Shown here piece by piece: positions 40,011 through 49,465 of a DNA stretch of 64,000 nucleotides. This stretch comes from Spirochaetia bacterium (lineage in GTDB: Bacteria > Spirochaetota > Spirochaetia > DSM-2461), in contig OY764216.1 in assembly GCA_963668315.1 (NCBI GenBank), positions 4,576,001-4,640,000 of the forward strand, given 5' to 3'. Every line of letters starts with the position of its first letter. The first letter of the stretch is position 1. The notes below the pieces were generated by a model, which had not been told where the DNA came from, did not search any database, and saw nothing but the letters and a program-made list of their open reading frames with translations. The translations under genes were made by a program, and so were the position numbers.

Positions 40011-41192
40011 TTATTTCGCTGAATAAGTAAACAGACCTTGCGTCTTAACATCAAAATCAAGTCTTTGAAAGCGGGTAATATACTCCTGCTGCATCTCTAC
40101 GGGATCGATGTCCTCAAAAAGTTCTGGATGGAGCCATTTGGCCATATAGGCGAGACTGATAAACCAGGAATCTTCCGTAAGATCGCCATAGAGCAAATGT
40201 ACACGTTTGTTTTTAACAGCATCGCAGCCCTCAAAAGCCGGTTGTCCGCTCATAATGCTATTCATAAGTTCAGACGCGTAATGATCGTTAGTGACATCAT
40301 ATCCTAATTCGGGATGGTCATTTATGATATAGCACTCTCGGATTAATACCGGAGGATTTTGAGCAACGACCCACTCAGGATCAACGGTAATCCACTCCCC
40401 CTCCAATTCCTCGGATATGCTAATGCCGCCGGCCCTACCGATAAGTCGGTTCCTTAGAATATTCTCTTCTCCGAATGTACCATAGGGAGGAGGTGACGCC
40501 ATTCCGTATTCTCCCCCGTAGTAAATGAATACTTTTTGAAAATCTTCTTTGCATAAAGTCGAAATTCTCTCGTCAATAAGGGTCGTATAGCTTTTAATCC
40601 ACTCAACGAACTCCTCCGCTTCCTTTTCTTTTCCTAATATGGAACCCAATATCCGATAGGCTTCCGTGGAATTGTAATTCAACTGTACAATGGGGATTTC
40701 ATCCAGGACAGCCTGATTGAAAAGAGAGAGCCAGAAAGGTGAAGTCACGATAAAGTCAGGATTCAACTGGAGAATCAGCTCATTGTTGACGGATTGCTCC
40801 CCGACAGTAAAGGCAGGAAGCTTGGAAAGCTCTGGAAAAAAACGTTTATTTCTGGTAACGTAATCACATACGGCTCCCACAGAATCCTGTGCATTCAATG
40901 CCTTCAAGGCGGCATAGGACTGCCCCATTCCCGTTGAGAGCATTGAATTTATCGGTTTTGCAATAGTAACCCTATTCCCATAACTATCGATGACCGTAAT
41001 ATGATCTTCGGTATTTTCCATTATCCTTTCGGATTCATCTAAATCTTTTTTTTCCTCCTCCAAGGCTGATTCAGCTTTTCCCCAATTATCCTTTACTTCA
41101 TATCCGGCGTCCCCCTGCCCCGATGCGGACAGAACTCCCGACAAACAAAATAAGCTTAACAGGAACATAGATTGCACTCTTTCTCTTTTCAT
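40011..41192 (-). CDS. Iron-siderophore/corrinoid-type substrate-binding protein (paralog)
   Basis: DSYGNRVTI, YGGEYG...PPYGT, VDPEWV, AKWLHPELF. Confidence 0.85.
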   Translation of the reverse strand: MKRERVQSMFLLSLFCLSGVLSASGQGDAGYEVKDNWGKAESALEEEKKDLDESERIMENTEDHITVIDSYGNRVTIAKPINSMLSTGMGQSYAALKALNAQDSVGAVCDYVTRNKRFFPELSKLPAFTVGEQSVNNELILQLNPDFIVTSPFWLSLFNQAVLDEIPIVQLNYNSTEAYRILGSILGKEKEAEEFVEWIKSYTTLIDERISTLCKEDFQKVFIYYGGEYGMASPPPYGTFGEENILRNRLIGRAGGISISEELEGEWITVDPEWVVAQNPPVLIRECYIINDHPELGYDVTNDHYASELMNSIMSGQPAFEGCDAVKNKRVHLLYGDLTEDSWFISLAYMAKWLHPELFEDIDPVEMQQEYITRFQRLDFDVKTQGLFTYSAK

Positions 41193-41368
41193 GATACTCC
41201 TTCATAAAATATATAGGAATGACATATTTAAATAGCTTTGCCAAACATTTGGAATAAAAATTACTATATGCTTACCATTATAAAGTGTCAATACGGATAT
41301 CACATAAACAGAAAAACCATCAGTAATCGTCCCTTGACAGAATAGAGACTTAGGGTTAACTATTAGGC

Positions 41369-42025
41369 ATGAAGAGATTCTTACTTATTTTGCCCGTCTC
41401 TTTATTCTTTCTTTTCCCTCTGGCAGCGCATCCCCATATGCAGCTCTATTCTCAATGTTCCCTGGATTTTACAGATGGGGAATTAACGGGACTATGGATA
41501 CAGTTTGAATTTGATAAGTTTTTTTCCAGCGAAATAATATGGGGTTATGATACCGATGGAAATGGAGAATTCGATGATGCCGAAACCGGCGAACTGAAAA
41601 AATCAGTATTATCCAGTTTTCAGGATTATAATTATTTCACTTTTATTCGTCTGGGCAAAGAGCGCATGTTTCCCGATAGGGCTGAGCATTTCTCGGCCAG
41701 GTATAAGGAGGAGGATGACCTTTTTTTTCGATTCAGAATTCCCCTTGATGATTTTCCCTACAGAGATTTTTACATAGCCATTTATGACGCCACCTTCTTC
41801 TGTGCCTGCAGACTTAACAGGGGCGATCCTGCTGCTTTTACAACGGAAACATTCTTTCGTACAGAAGGAACGGGTATTCCTCCGGTGGAAATATCCATTG
41901 AAGAAAATGATAACTACCCCGTCTACTATAATCCCCAGGGAGCCGTCAGCGATATGACCACTTACAATAAATGGAAGCCCGGTCTCCAAACGTTCATTCC
42001 AGAAGAAATTCATGTGCAATTTTAA
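41369..42025 (+). CDS. DUF1007 family periplasmic protein
   Basis: Signal peptide ending AHPH, W..F.FD..FS, D.D.NG.FD..E, YD.TFF. Confidence 0.8.
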   Translation: MKRFLLILPVSLFFLFPLAAHPHMQLYSQCSLDFTDGELTGLWIQFEFDKFFSSEIIWGYDTDGNGEFDDAETGELKKSVLSSFQDYNYFTFIRLGKERMFPDRAEHFSARYKEEDDLFFRFRIPLDDFPYRDFYIAIYDATFFCACRLNRGDPAAFTTETFFRTEGTGIPPVEISIEENDNYPVYYNPQGAVSDMTTYNKWKPGLQTFIPEEIHVQF

Positions 42026-42129
42026 AAAAGAACCGTCTGTTTCTCCATTCCAATTACCCCGGTGTATTTAAAAGAAAAGAACACTGTTTTTCGGAACTTT
42101 CCTTTGTTTTCTTTCCCTTCCCCTGATCC

Positions 42130-42430
42130 CCCAACCCCATATTTTTATCACTACCGGATGCACCCTTGATTATAAAGACGCAGAGTTTTCCGGATTAAGG
42201 ATGCGTTTTGACTTCGCCAGGATTCATAGTTCCAACATTATCGTTACCCATGACGGGGATAAGGACGGACACTTCGATGAGCATGAGACAGAGGAAATTT
42301 ATAGCAATGCCTTTGTCAATTTGGAATTTTCCCTCTTTTCAAGCTGACAGAGAAAAAAAATGAAATTTTCACCTTATACTACAATCCCCAGGGGAGTACC
42401 GTTGATGATACGGTCTACGAATACTGGTTG
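42130..42430 (+). pseudogene. Degenerate, internally deleted DUF1007 paralog
   Basis: Reads QPHIFITTGCTLDY...FDF...HDGDKDGHFDEHET, then a YNPQG fragment, matching both ends of the upstream gene. Confidence 0.7.
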
Positions 42431-42446
42431 TTAGGCCTGTTGTCAT

Positions 42447-44744
42447 TTACTCCCGAGGAGATTCATATCCGTCTTCCCTGATCTCCCTGATCTCCCTGAT
42501 CTCCCTGACCGCTTTGACCATATTCTCAAGAGCCGGCTTCACTTCTTCCCATCTTCTTGTTTTCAAGCCGCAGTCGGGATTGACCCAGAAAAGAGAGCTA
42601 TCGATGACTTCTAGTCTCTGTTCTATTTGCCCCTTGTATTCTTCTATAGAAGGAATCCGAGGCGAATGGATATCGTAAACGCCTGGTCCAATCCCTTTGG
42701 AATATCCGACCTCTTTGAAAATATTCAGTAGCCGGTTTCCGCTTCTGGCAGTCTCGATCGTGATGACATCTGCATCCATCAATTCTATGGTTTCTATGAT
42801 ATCATTGAATTCACTATAGCACATATGGGTATGTATCTGCGTTTCCTTTCTAGCTTTTGAGACAGTTAGTTTGAAACTGTTAACTGCCCATTCCTCATAT
42901 TCGGGGATATTCTTCATTCTTAGGGGATACCCTTCTTTGAATGCCGCTTCGTCGACCTGGATAATCTTGATCGCCCTGTTCTGAAGGTCATCTATCTCAT
43001 CGGCCAGCGCCAGGGCTATCTGCTTTGATATTTCCGAGCGAGAAAGATCGTCCCTGACGAAAGACCAATTGATAATCGTTACGGGGCCGGTCAGCATTCC
43101 CTTCATGATCTTTTTGGTCCTGCTCTGGGCGTATCCAATCCAATTAATCGTCATCGGTTCTTTCCTGCTAATATCTCCATAAATAATCGGAGGCTTAACG
43201 CAACGGCTCCCATAGCTCTGAACCCAACCGTTGCTCGTAAAGTGAAAGCCCTTCAGCTGCTCACCGAAGTACTCAACCATATCATTCCTTTCCGGTTCGC
43301 CATGTACCAGCACGTCCAGTCCGACGACTTCCTGAATATGAATGCACTCATCGATGTATTTTCTCATCTCCTCTTCGTACTCATCGCAGGAAATCCGCCC
43401 CATTTTATAATCCCTTCTCGCCCTGCGAATTTCCGGCGTCTGGGGAAAGCTTCCTATAGTTGTGGTGGGAATGGAAGGAAGATCGAGAAGCTTTTTCTGC
43501 ACGTCAAACCTATCGGCAGCCGTCTCTTTCCTGCTGCCGTTCCCTTCCGCCCTGACCCGTTCCGTGACATAAGGACAAGTAATTAATTCTGATTTCTTTC
43601 TTTCTTCGTGGGACATCATATTCTCCACAACCCCCTTCTCTTCCTCGGAAGAGAAAGGTTCATCCCTAAAAAGTTTATCGACAAGCACTACTTCTTCTAT
43701 TTTTTCAATGGCGAAGGAGAACCACCTGTTCATATCATTTTCTGGTTCGTTTTTTACCGTGTAAGGAATATGAAGTAGAGAGCAGCTAGTGGAAACAATG
43801 ATTTTCTCCCGGTCAATCTTCTCCGCGATTTCGCAAAGTAAAGCCTTCGTTTTCTGAAGATCATTTCTCCAGATATTTCGTCCGTCCACCACACCGGCGA
43901 CAAGATGCTTGTCCGCAAGCCAATCCAGCACGGAAAGGTTATCCCTTCCATTTATAAAATCCAGTCCAACTCCCCAGATTCCTGTTCCGGCTAACTCCTC
44001 TACCGCTTCGCAGGAGTTTTCAAAGTAAGTTGTGACAATGATTTTTATTTTAGTCGATAGTGATGAGAGCCCATTATAAACGGGGTTAAGAAGGTCCAAA
44101 TACTTTCTGCAAGGATCTTTAACAAAAATTGGTTCCTCTATCTGCAGGTAAATCTCTTCATCTAGTTCGGAAAGTACATTTACTAAAGATTTGTAAACCT
44201 CGAAAATTCTGTTAAAAAAGGAAAAAGTATCGCTTCGCTCGGACATTTTGGACAGTGCGGTAAAGGTAATGGGACCTATAATGTTTATTTTGGGATGGAT
44301 TCCAAGACTTTTTGCATGATGATACTCCTTTAATATTTTCTCGGGATTGAGGTGGAATTCCATATCATTTTCAAGTTCCGGAACTATATAGTGATAATTC
44401 GTATTAAACCATTTGGTCATTTCCATGGCCGCAGCCTCTTTCACTCCCCGAGCCATGGCAAAATAACGCTCGGTTACATTGCGAATGGGGATAAAACGCT
44501 TCGGGACGGCATTGAGCATTACCACAGTATCAAGCATATTATCATAAAGACTGAAATCGTTGATGCTGATAAAACCTATCCCTCGTTTTTTCTGTTCGAG
44601 CCAGTGCTTTTCTCTTAGCTCTCCCGCCTTATCCTCTAGCTCTCCGATTGTACTTTTACCGTTCCAATAACTCTCGACGGCCCGCTTGAGCTCTCTGTTT
44701 TCTCCAATACGGGGAAATCCGGTAATTAACGTTTTTTTAGACAT
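42447..44744 (-). CDS. metE: Cobalamin-independent methionine synthase
   Basis: GFPRIG..RELK, EMTKWFNTNYHY, TTTIGSFPQT, HGEPERNDMV, HTHMCY, NPDCGLKTR. Confidence 0.98.
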   Translation of the reverse strand: MSKKTLITGFPRIGENRELKRAVESYWNGKSTIGELEDKAGELREKHWLEQKKRGIGFISINDFSLYDNMLDTVVMLNAVPKRFIPIRNVTERYFAMARGVKEAAAMEMTKWFNTNYHYIVPELENDMEFHLNPEKILKEYHHAKSLGIHPKINIIGPITFTALSKMSERSDTFSFFNRIFEVYKSLVNVLSELDEEIYLQIEEPIFVKDPCRKYLDLLNPVYNGLSSLSTKIKIIVTTYFENSCEAVEELAGTGIWGVGLDFINGRDNLSVLDWLADKHLVAGVVDGRNIWRNDLQKTKALLCEIAEKIDREKIIVSTSCSLLHIPYTVKNEPENDMNRWFSFAIEKIEEVVLVDKLFRDEPFSSEEEKGVVENMMSHEERKKSELITCPYVTERVRAEGNGSRKETAADRFDVQKKLLDLPSIPTTTIGSFPQTPEIRRARRDYKMGRISCDEYEEEMRKYIDECIHIQEVVGLDVLVHGEPERNDMVEYFGEQLKGFHFTSNGWVQSYGSRCVKPPIIYGDISRKEPMTINWIGYAQSRTKKIMKGMLTGPVTIINWSFVRDDLSRSEISKQIALALADEIDDLQNRAIKIIQVDEAAFKEGYPLRMKNIPEYEEWAVNSFKLTVSKARKETQIHTHMCYSEFNDIIETIELMDADVITIETARSGNRLLNIFKEVGYSKGIGPGVYDIHSPRIPSIEEYKGQIEQRLEVIDSSLFWVNPDCGLKTRRWEEVKPALENMVKAVREIREIREIREDGYESPRE

Positions 44745-44787
44745 AATGACGCCTCCTAAGTATAGAAGGAGTATAAAGAGAAATTTA

Positions 44788-44818
44788 CATAACTAAAAAT
44801 GATATATTTTTAGTTATG
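44788..44818. promoter_or_regulatory. 13-bp perfect inverted repeat upstream of metE
   Basis: cataactaaaaat-gatat-atttttagttatg. Confidence 0.55.
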
Positions 44819-45039
44819 CATGAATATTACTTATAGATATAACAATTAAACGTAAGACTATTATGAGGAAGGGCTCAAAGCGAATCCCGATGCTATATTG
44901 CAGTCATAATAGTTCTGTCTGGAAAAATTGTATTTCTTAACCAGTTCTGTACCATAGCGGATGGTTATCCATCATCCTCGGCCGTACATGCAATCCCATC
45001 GAATCGATGCGTTTCATGAAATTATTACTTACATAAGCA

Positions 45040-45314
45040 TATCAATTTAAGCAGCCGCGAATCGGATCTGTATAAGGCTTATAATTATCTACTTTTTAAC
45101 GGTTGCTTGAAGAAAGTCCCATTCGACTCATTAGTGAATAATAAAGCCTCCGATATAGACTTACCTATTAAGTGCCTGTCTATAATAGAGATTTCCATGT
45201 TTACGAAGAATTGCATAGAACATTAAGCCACTCCTTCGATCTCGTGGGATGGGATTATAATCACGCTTTTTCACCCGAGATCCTTAATAAAGGGATATTA
45301 AATTGTGTCTCCTG
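45040..45314 (+). pseudogene. Decayed minimal nucleotidyltransferase (MNT antitoxin)
   Basis: Fragments ..KAYNYLLFNGC..FDSLV...ASDIDL...FDLV..GILNCVS across a frameshift. Confidence 0.6.
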
Positions 45315-45730
45315 AAAATTCCAATTCAAGGAAGATTTCTTATGAATTATCACAAATAAAAAAAGGACTCAACGTAGTATCAATACTAGACAAAAAGTAG
45401 AATTATAAAAACTCGGCCTGTCAGAACTTCAAGCAGCAGCCTCTTCCCTTCAATCTATCGATAACGGTTAATAAAGATATCAGTCCTTAACCTTAAAGAT
45501 CAAAATTTTTCCATCCCACATAGCCATACCTGACATTTAGAGTTTTTGGAATTATGTAAAGATAAACATACCATCTCAGAACGACTCGAATCGAAACTCA
45601 GAGATCTAATAGATTTTAGATATTTCTTTCATCATACTTATATTTTCATGCATGCTCTATTGCACTCCGTGAGCATATGCTCTCTTTCTTTGAATTATTC
45701 AAAAAGGAAGTAGAAGTTAATTCTAGTGGA
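45305..45730 (+). pseudogene. Decayed HEPN/HepT-like RNase toxin
   Basis: ELQAAASSLQSIDNG, IP.S.T*H.EFL, FRYFFHHTY (Rx4H); several stops and frameshifts. Confidence 0.62.
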
Positions 45731-45747
45731 GATATCAACATTATCTG

Positions 45748-45906
45748 TTACACCAAGAAAATGACACCAAAAACCATGTATAACCTGCTTATTACTGACA
45801 TCATCTGCTATTTTATTTCCCCTCCCCTCTTCCCTAAATCGAAACATATGCTATAATTAGACAATACTTGATAGAAATGCAGGACGGCTTCATAACCCGA
45901 AGGCCG
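45748..45906 (+). mobile_element. Second attR-like island end with truncated tRNA-fMet fragment
   Basis: Near copy of 11371-11529 (offset 34377); tRNA match stops after gaaggccg. Confidence 0.85.
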
Positions 45907-46270
45907 ATGACTATAGATTTGGTTTTATGAAAACAATCTATATTAAGAAGCACCTATCCCACTACCCTATTTATTCAAAGAAAACGGCAGGAGAAATATT
46001 ATATTTAGCAGCAAGCTTCTGAATATGTTGTTTATTAAGTTCTCTCTTACCCGAAATAATCTCACTGATAACCGATTGGGGAGCAATATCACTCAAATCT
46101 GATTGTTTATGCTGGTGCTCTTCCATTAATCCTTTTAACATATCAATAGAAGATACTTTTGGCGTAGGAATATTCCCTTCATATTCATTAAGCAGATTTT
46201 TTATGTAATGATATAACCCTTTCAAATAGGTTTTCTTTTCTTCAATAATTAACCCATTTAGCTGAAGAAG
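45866..46270. repeat. 405-bp direct repeat, copy 1
   Basis: Aligns with 53076-53480 at a constant offset of 7210. Confidence 0.92.
45971..46270 (-). pseudogene. higA: 5'-truncated HigA-like antitoxin copy
   Basis: Near-identical to the C-terminal part of 53172-53591. Confidence 0.8.
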
Positions 46271-46322
46271 CCTCAATTCGACAAGACTTTATACACTTTT
46301 CAGTATCCCTATTATCTTACTA

Positions 46323-47011
46323 TTGATTCTAGCTTTTTTACAAATAATCAGCAGGCTTAAAAAATCACTTTTACAACAGAACATCAGCATAGACATGATC
46401 ATTTTGTCAATGTCATTACTGGCAGAGCTTAAGTATCAGGAAACAGGACGCCATATTCTTCGGACCAAACAATACTGTCAGATTCTGTCTGATGCGCTGA
46501 GACATGGCAGGAAGTACAATAATGGTCTCAACTACAGTGATATAGAAAATATCGAGAGATTAGCCCCACTTCATGATATAGGAAAGGTAGAGATTCCTGA
46601 AAAGATTTTCCTTAAGCCTGGAAAACTTAACGAAGAAAAATTTGAAGTAATGAAAACCCATCAATTATGGGAGCTTATGTGCTGCAGTCTGCTATAGAGC
46701 AATTGGGAGAGTCCTCCTTCCTCTCTACCGGGATACAAATGATACTTTATCATCATGAAAAATGGGATGGTTCAGGATATCCGTATGGATTACTTGGAGA
46801 AAACATTCCTCTGGCCGCCAGGATCATGGCGGTTGCGGATGTTTACGACGCCTTAAGAAGTAAGCGCCCCTATAAGAAGCCGATAAGCCATGATGAATCA
46901 ATCCGCATTATCAGGAATGGTTCAGGGAAACACTTTCAGCCGGAACTGGTTGAAGCCTTACTGAGGATAGAAAAGGACTATGAAAGAATATCGATTGAGC
47001 TGGAAGATTGA
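46323..47011 (+). pseudogene. HD-GYP (RpfG-like) phosphodiesterase, frameshifted and probably 5'-truncated
   Basis: ETG.HI.R and APLHDIGK in one frame; HHEKWDGSGYP in another; break near 46665. Confidence 0.85.
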
Positions 47012-47068
47012 AAATACCGATATTTTTTTATTTTTTATTTGACAGCTAAAAAATCCCATGTTAGGCTT

Positions 47069-47091
47069 TACTTGTCTGATAAGCAGACATC
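47069..47091 (+). promoter_or_regulatory. FadR/GntR-type operator, copy 1
   Basis: tacttgtctgataagcagacatc (TGTCTG-N5-CAGACA), just after TTGACA-17-TAGGCT. Confidence 0.75.
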
Positions 47092-47188
47092 ATCTATGTA
47101 TATGTCTACTTATCATTACTCTTCTTCATCATGAAGAAGGGACAGCTTATCTATAAGCTGTATTAAAAACATGTAAAAAGAGTGCCTT

Positions 47189-47755
47189 ATGGAATACGAA
47201 ATAACAAAAGAATTAGCCGACCGTGTAGTAGACATCGTTCATGGTATAACAGGTGGGGATGTGAATATCATGGTAGAAAAAGGCCTGATTATATCATCTG
47301 CCGATCCGGATCGGATAGGAACCACTCACGAGGGTGGTGTAAAAATCATGAATAGAGAACTCAGTGAGATAGCTATTACCTCTCAGATGGCTAGCACAAT
47401 CAAAGGGACAAAAGCTGGATATAACGGCGGAATCTACTATAAAAATCATTTAATCGGATGCATAGGTATCGGCGGCAATCCGGAAATTGTTAAGCCCCTG
47501 CAAAAAATGGCTGCGATCATCGTAGAGGAGACAATCGGCAGGGAAGAACAAAGAAAGGCTGAAGAAGTGTTAAGGAACGAGGCTGTTTCAAAAATTACTA
47601 ATATAGCGGAAGCAATGAATGTTCTGTCTTTGAATGGCTCAATACAGGCGGCAAAAATAGGCAGCAAAGGAAACGCATTCAAGGTAGTAGCCGTAGAAAT
47701 GAGAAATCTGGCTGAATCAATTAACAACGCTATTGATTTTTTTAAAAGGAGCTGA
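47189..47755 (+). CDS. Sugar-diacid recognition (CdaR N-terminal) domain fused to a short MCP signalling segment
   Basis: VNIM..G.II.S.D..RIG..HEG, IGI.G.P; LSLNGSIQAAK.G..G..FKVVA.EMR.LA. Confidence 0.8.
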   Translation: MEYEITKELADRVVDIVHGITGGDVNIMVEKGLIISSADPDRIGTTHEGGVKIMNRELSEIAITSQMASTIKGTKAGYNGGIYYKNHLIGCIGIGGNPEIVKPLQKMAAIIVEETIGREEQRKAEEVLRNEAVSKITNIAEAMNVLSLNGSIQAAKIGSKGNAFKVVAVEMRNLAESINNAIDFFKRS

Positions 47756-47817
47756 CGGGTGATTTGCCTTTAAAGTCTAATAATGCTTTGACAAATGGAA
47801 AGAAAGACAGGTATTGT

Positions 47818-47840
47818 TACTTATCTGATAAGCAGACATC
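47818..47840 (+). promoter_or_regulatory. FadR/GntR-type operator, copy 2
   Basis: tacttatctgataagcagacatc, one mismatch to copy 1, downstream of TTGACA at 47788. Confidence 0.75.
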
Positions 47841-47862
47841 CTATAAGTAACTGGAGTTACAC

Positions 47863-48558
47863 ATGAGAAGAAAAACAAGACTGTCTGAACAAGTTGTAGA
47901 AGAGATCGATCGAATGATCAGGGAGGAAGGATTCGGCAATGGAGACAAATTCTACTCTGAGAACGAATTGACCAAAATGCTTGATATCAGCAGAGCGTCG
48001 GTCAGAGAGGCTGTGCGGATTCTTGAGATATCAGGCCGGGTTATTGTTCGTCAGGGTAGAGGTATTTTTATACAAAATAAAATTGAGCAGGGGCTAGATA
48101 GTTTTGCCTCGTGGCTTAAGAGTAATAGTTCCCAGTTGGATGAGCACTTTGAATTGAGAATGATTCTGGATCCGAAGGCGGCAGCTTCTGCTGCCCGAAA
48201 CGCTACGGATGAGGATATTCGTGAGATGGAGAAAGCTCTTTCAAGTTTTAATCATCAGGAAGAAACAGATAACCTTGAAGGTGAAATCAAAGATGACCGG
48301 CGATTCCACCTCTCCATGGCTAAATCAACAAAAAACCGTAGTCTTTATGTTTTGATGAAAACCATGGCTGAAAATCTTAATGACGGCTGGATTTCCAGTC
48401 TTAGAATACCAGGCAGAGCACGGAAAACCATTCGGGAACACAGGGATGTTTTTCAAGCCATAAAAGATCGCAATCCGGAAAAAGCGGAAAAAGCAATGCT
48501 GAAGCATTTGGAAAACGCGTTGAAAGAGATTAAAGAATATATGAAGGAAAATAACTAA
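47863..48558 (+). CDS. FadR/GntR family regulator
   Basis: SENEL...ISRASVREA..G.G.F; FCD domain D..FH, EH..V. Confidence 0.93.
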   Translation: MRRKTRLSEQVVEEIDRMIREEGFGNGDKFYSENELTKMLDISRASVREAVRILEISGRVIVRQGRGIFIQNKIEQGLDSFASWLKSNSSQLDEHFELRMILDPKAAASAARNATDEDIREMEKALSSFNHQEETDNLEGEIKDDRRFHLSMAKSTKNRSLYVLMKTMAENLNDGWISSLRIPGRARKTIREHRDVFQAIKDRNPEKAEKAMLKHLENALKEIKEYMKENN

Positions 48559-48587
48559 CCGGATTCGGTTCATATTAGGAGAATACT

Positions 48588-49427
48588 TTGTTTATCAGAA
48601 TAACGACTCTCGTGGAAAACAGCAAGGGAGAACATCTCGGTTTAGTCCATGAACACGGGCTTTCATTTTTGATAGAAAAGGACGGAAAATCCTTCCTTTT
48701 TGATACAGGACAGGGAGATGCTATCATTCGGAATGCACAGAAGCTTGCTCTGGATATTTTCAGTGTGGGCGATATTATTCTCAGTCACGGCCACTATGAT
48801 CACAGTGGAGGAATCACCTCCCTTTTAAAAGAAGGGGGTTCCGCGTTTACTCCGAGAATTCATGTCCACAAAGGCTTTTTCATCCCCAAATACGGCATGC
48901 ATAATAATCGAGCAGAATTTCTAGGCAATGATTTCACTCCAGAAGACCTTAGAAATCATGGTTGCCCGATCAGTACATGTCATAGCGGAATTAAAACTAT
49001 TGCAGAGGGTGTCTGGATCGTTGGCGATTTTGGAAAAAACCATCCCGAGGAGGTTATCAGCGAGCGCTTCTGCCTTTTAACTGACAAAGGAATGGAACCG
49101 GATATGTTTACCGATGAAATCATGATGGTTATTGACAGCCCTAAAGGACTAATCCTGTTAGCCGGATGCTCCCATCCGGGAATTATGAATATGATTGATA
49201 CGGTCTGCAGCCATTTTGACAAAAATATCTATGCCATATTGGGAGGGACCCACCTTGTTGAAGCCGGTGAAACACAGCTGAAGAGCGCAACAGGATATCT
49301 TTACGATCTGGACTGTCAGGTAATAGGCGTTTCACACTGCACAGGCAAGGATGTCATGGAGACTCTGAGCAAAACCGATCAAAGATTTTTTCACAACCGC
49401 ACAGGAAGTTCGCTGATCATCAGCTGA
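48588..49427 (+). CDS. Metallo-beta-lactamase-fold hydrolase
   Basis: EHGLS, FDTG, SHGHYDHSGG, GCSHPG, GGTHL, HCTG. Confidence 0.9.
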   Translation: MFIRITTLVENSKGEHLGLVHEHGLSFLIEKDGKSFLFDTGQGDAIIRNAQKLALDIFSVGDIILSHGHYDHSGGITSLLKEGGSAFTPRIHVHKGFFIPKYGMHNNRAEFLGNDFTPEDLRNHGCPISTCHSGIKTIAEGVWIVGDFGKNHPEEVISERFCLLTDKGMEPDMFTDEIMMVIDSPKGLILLAGCSHPGIMNMIDTVCSHFDKNIYAILGGTHLVEAGETQLKSATGYLYDLDCQVIGVSHCTGKDVMETLSKTDQRFFHNRTGSSLIIS

Positions 49428-49465
49428 CTTTTTGAATAATAACAAAATTCCCAAGGAGGAAGTTT

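Noticed and set aside
41193..44860. Cobalamin or SAM riboswitch upstream of the BtuFCD-like genes or metE
   Set aside because: No B12-box or S-box consensus visible in the AT-rich leaders
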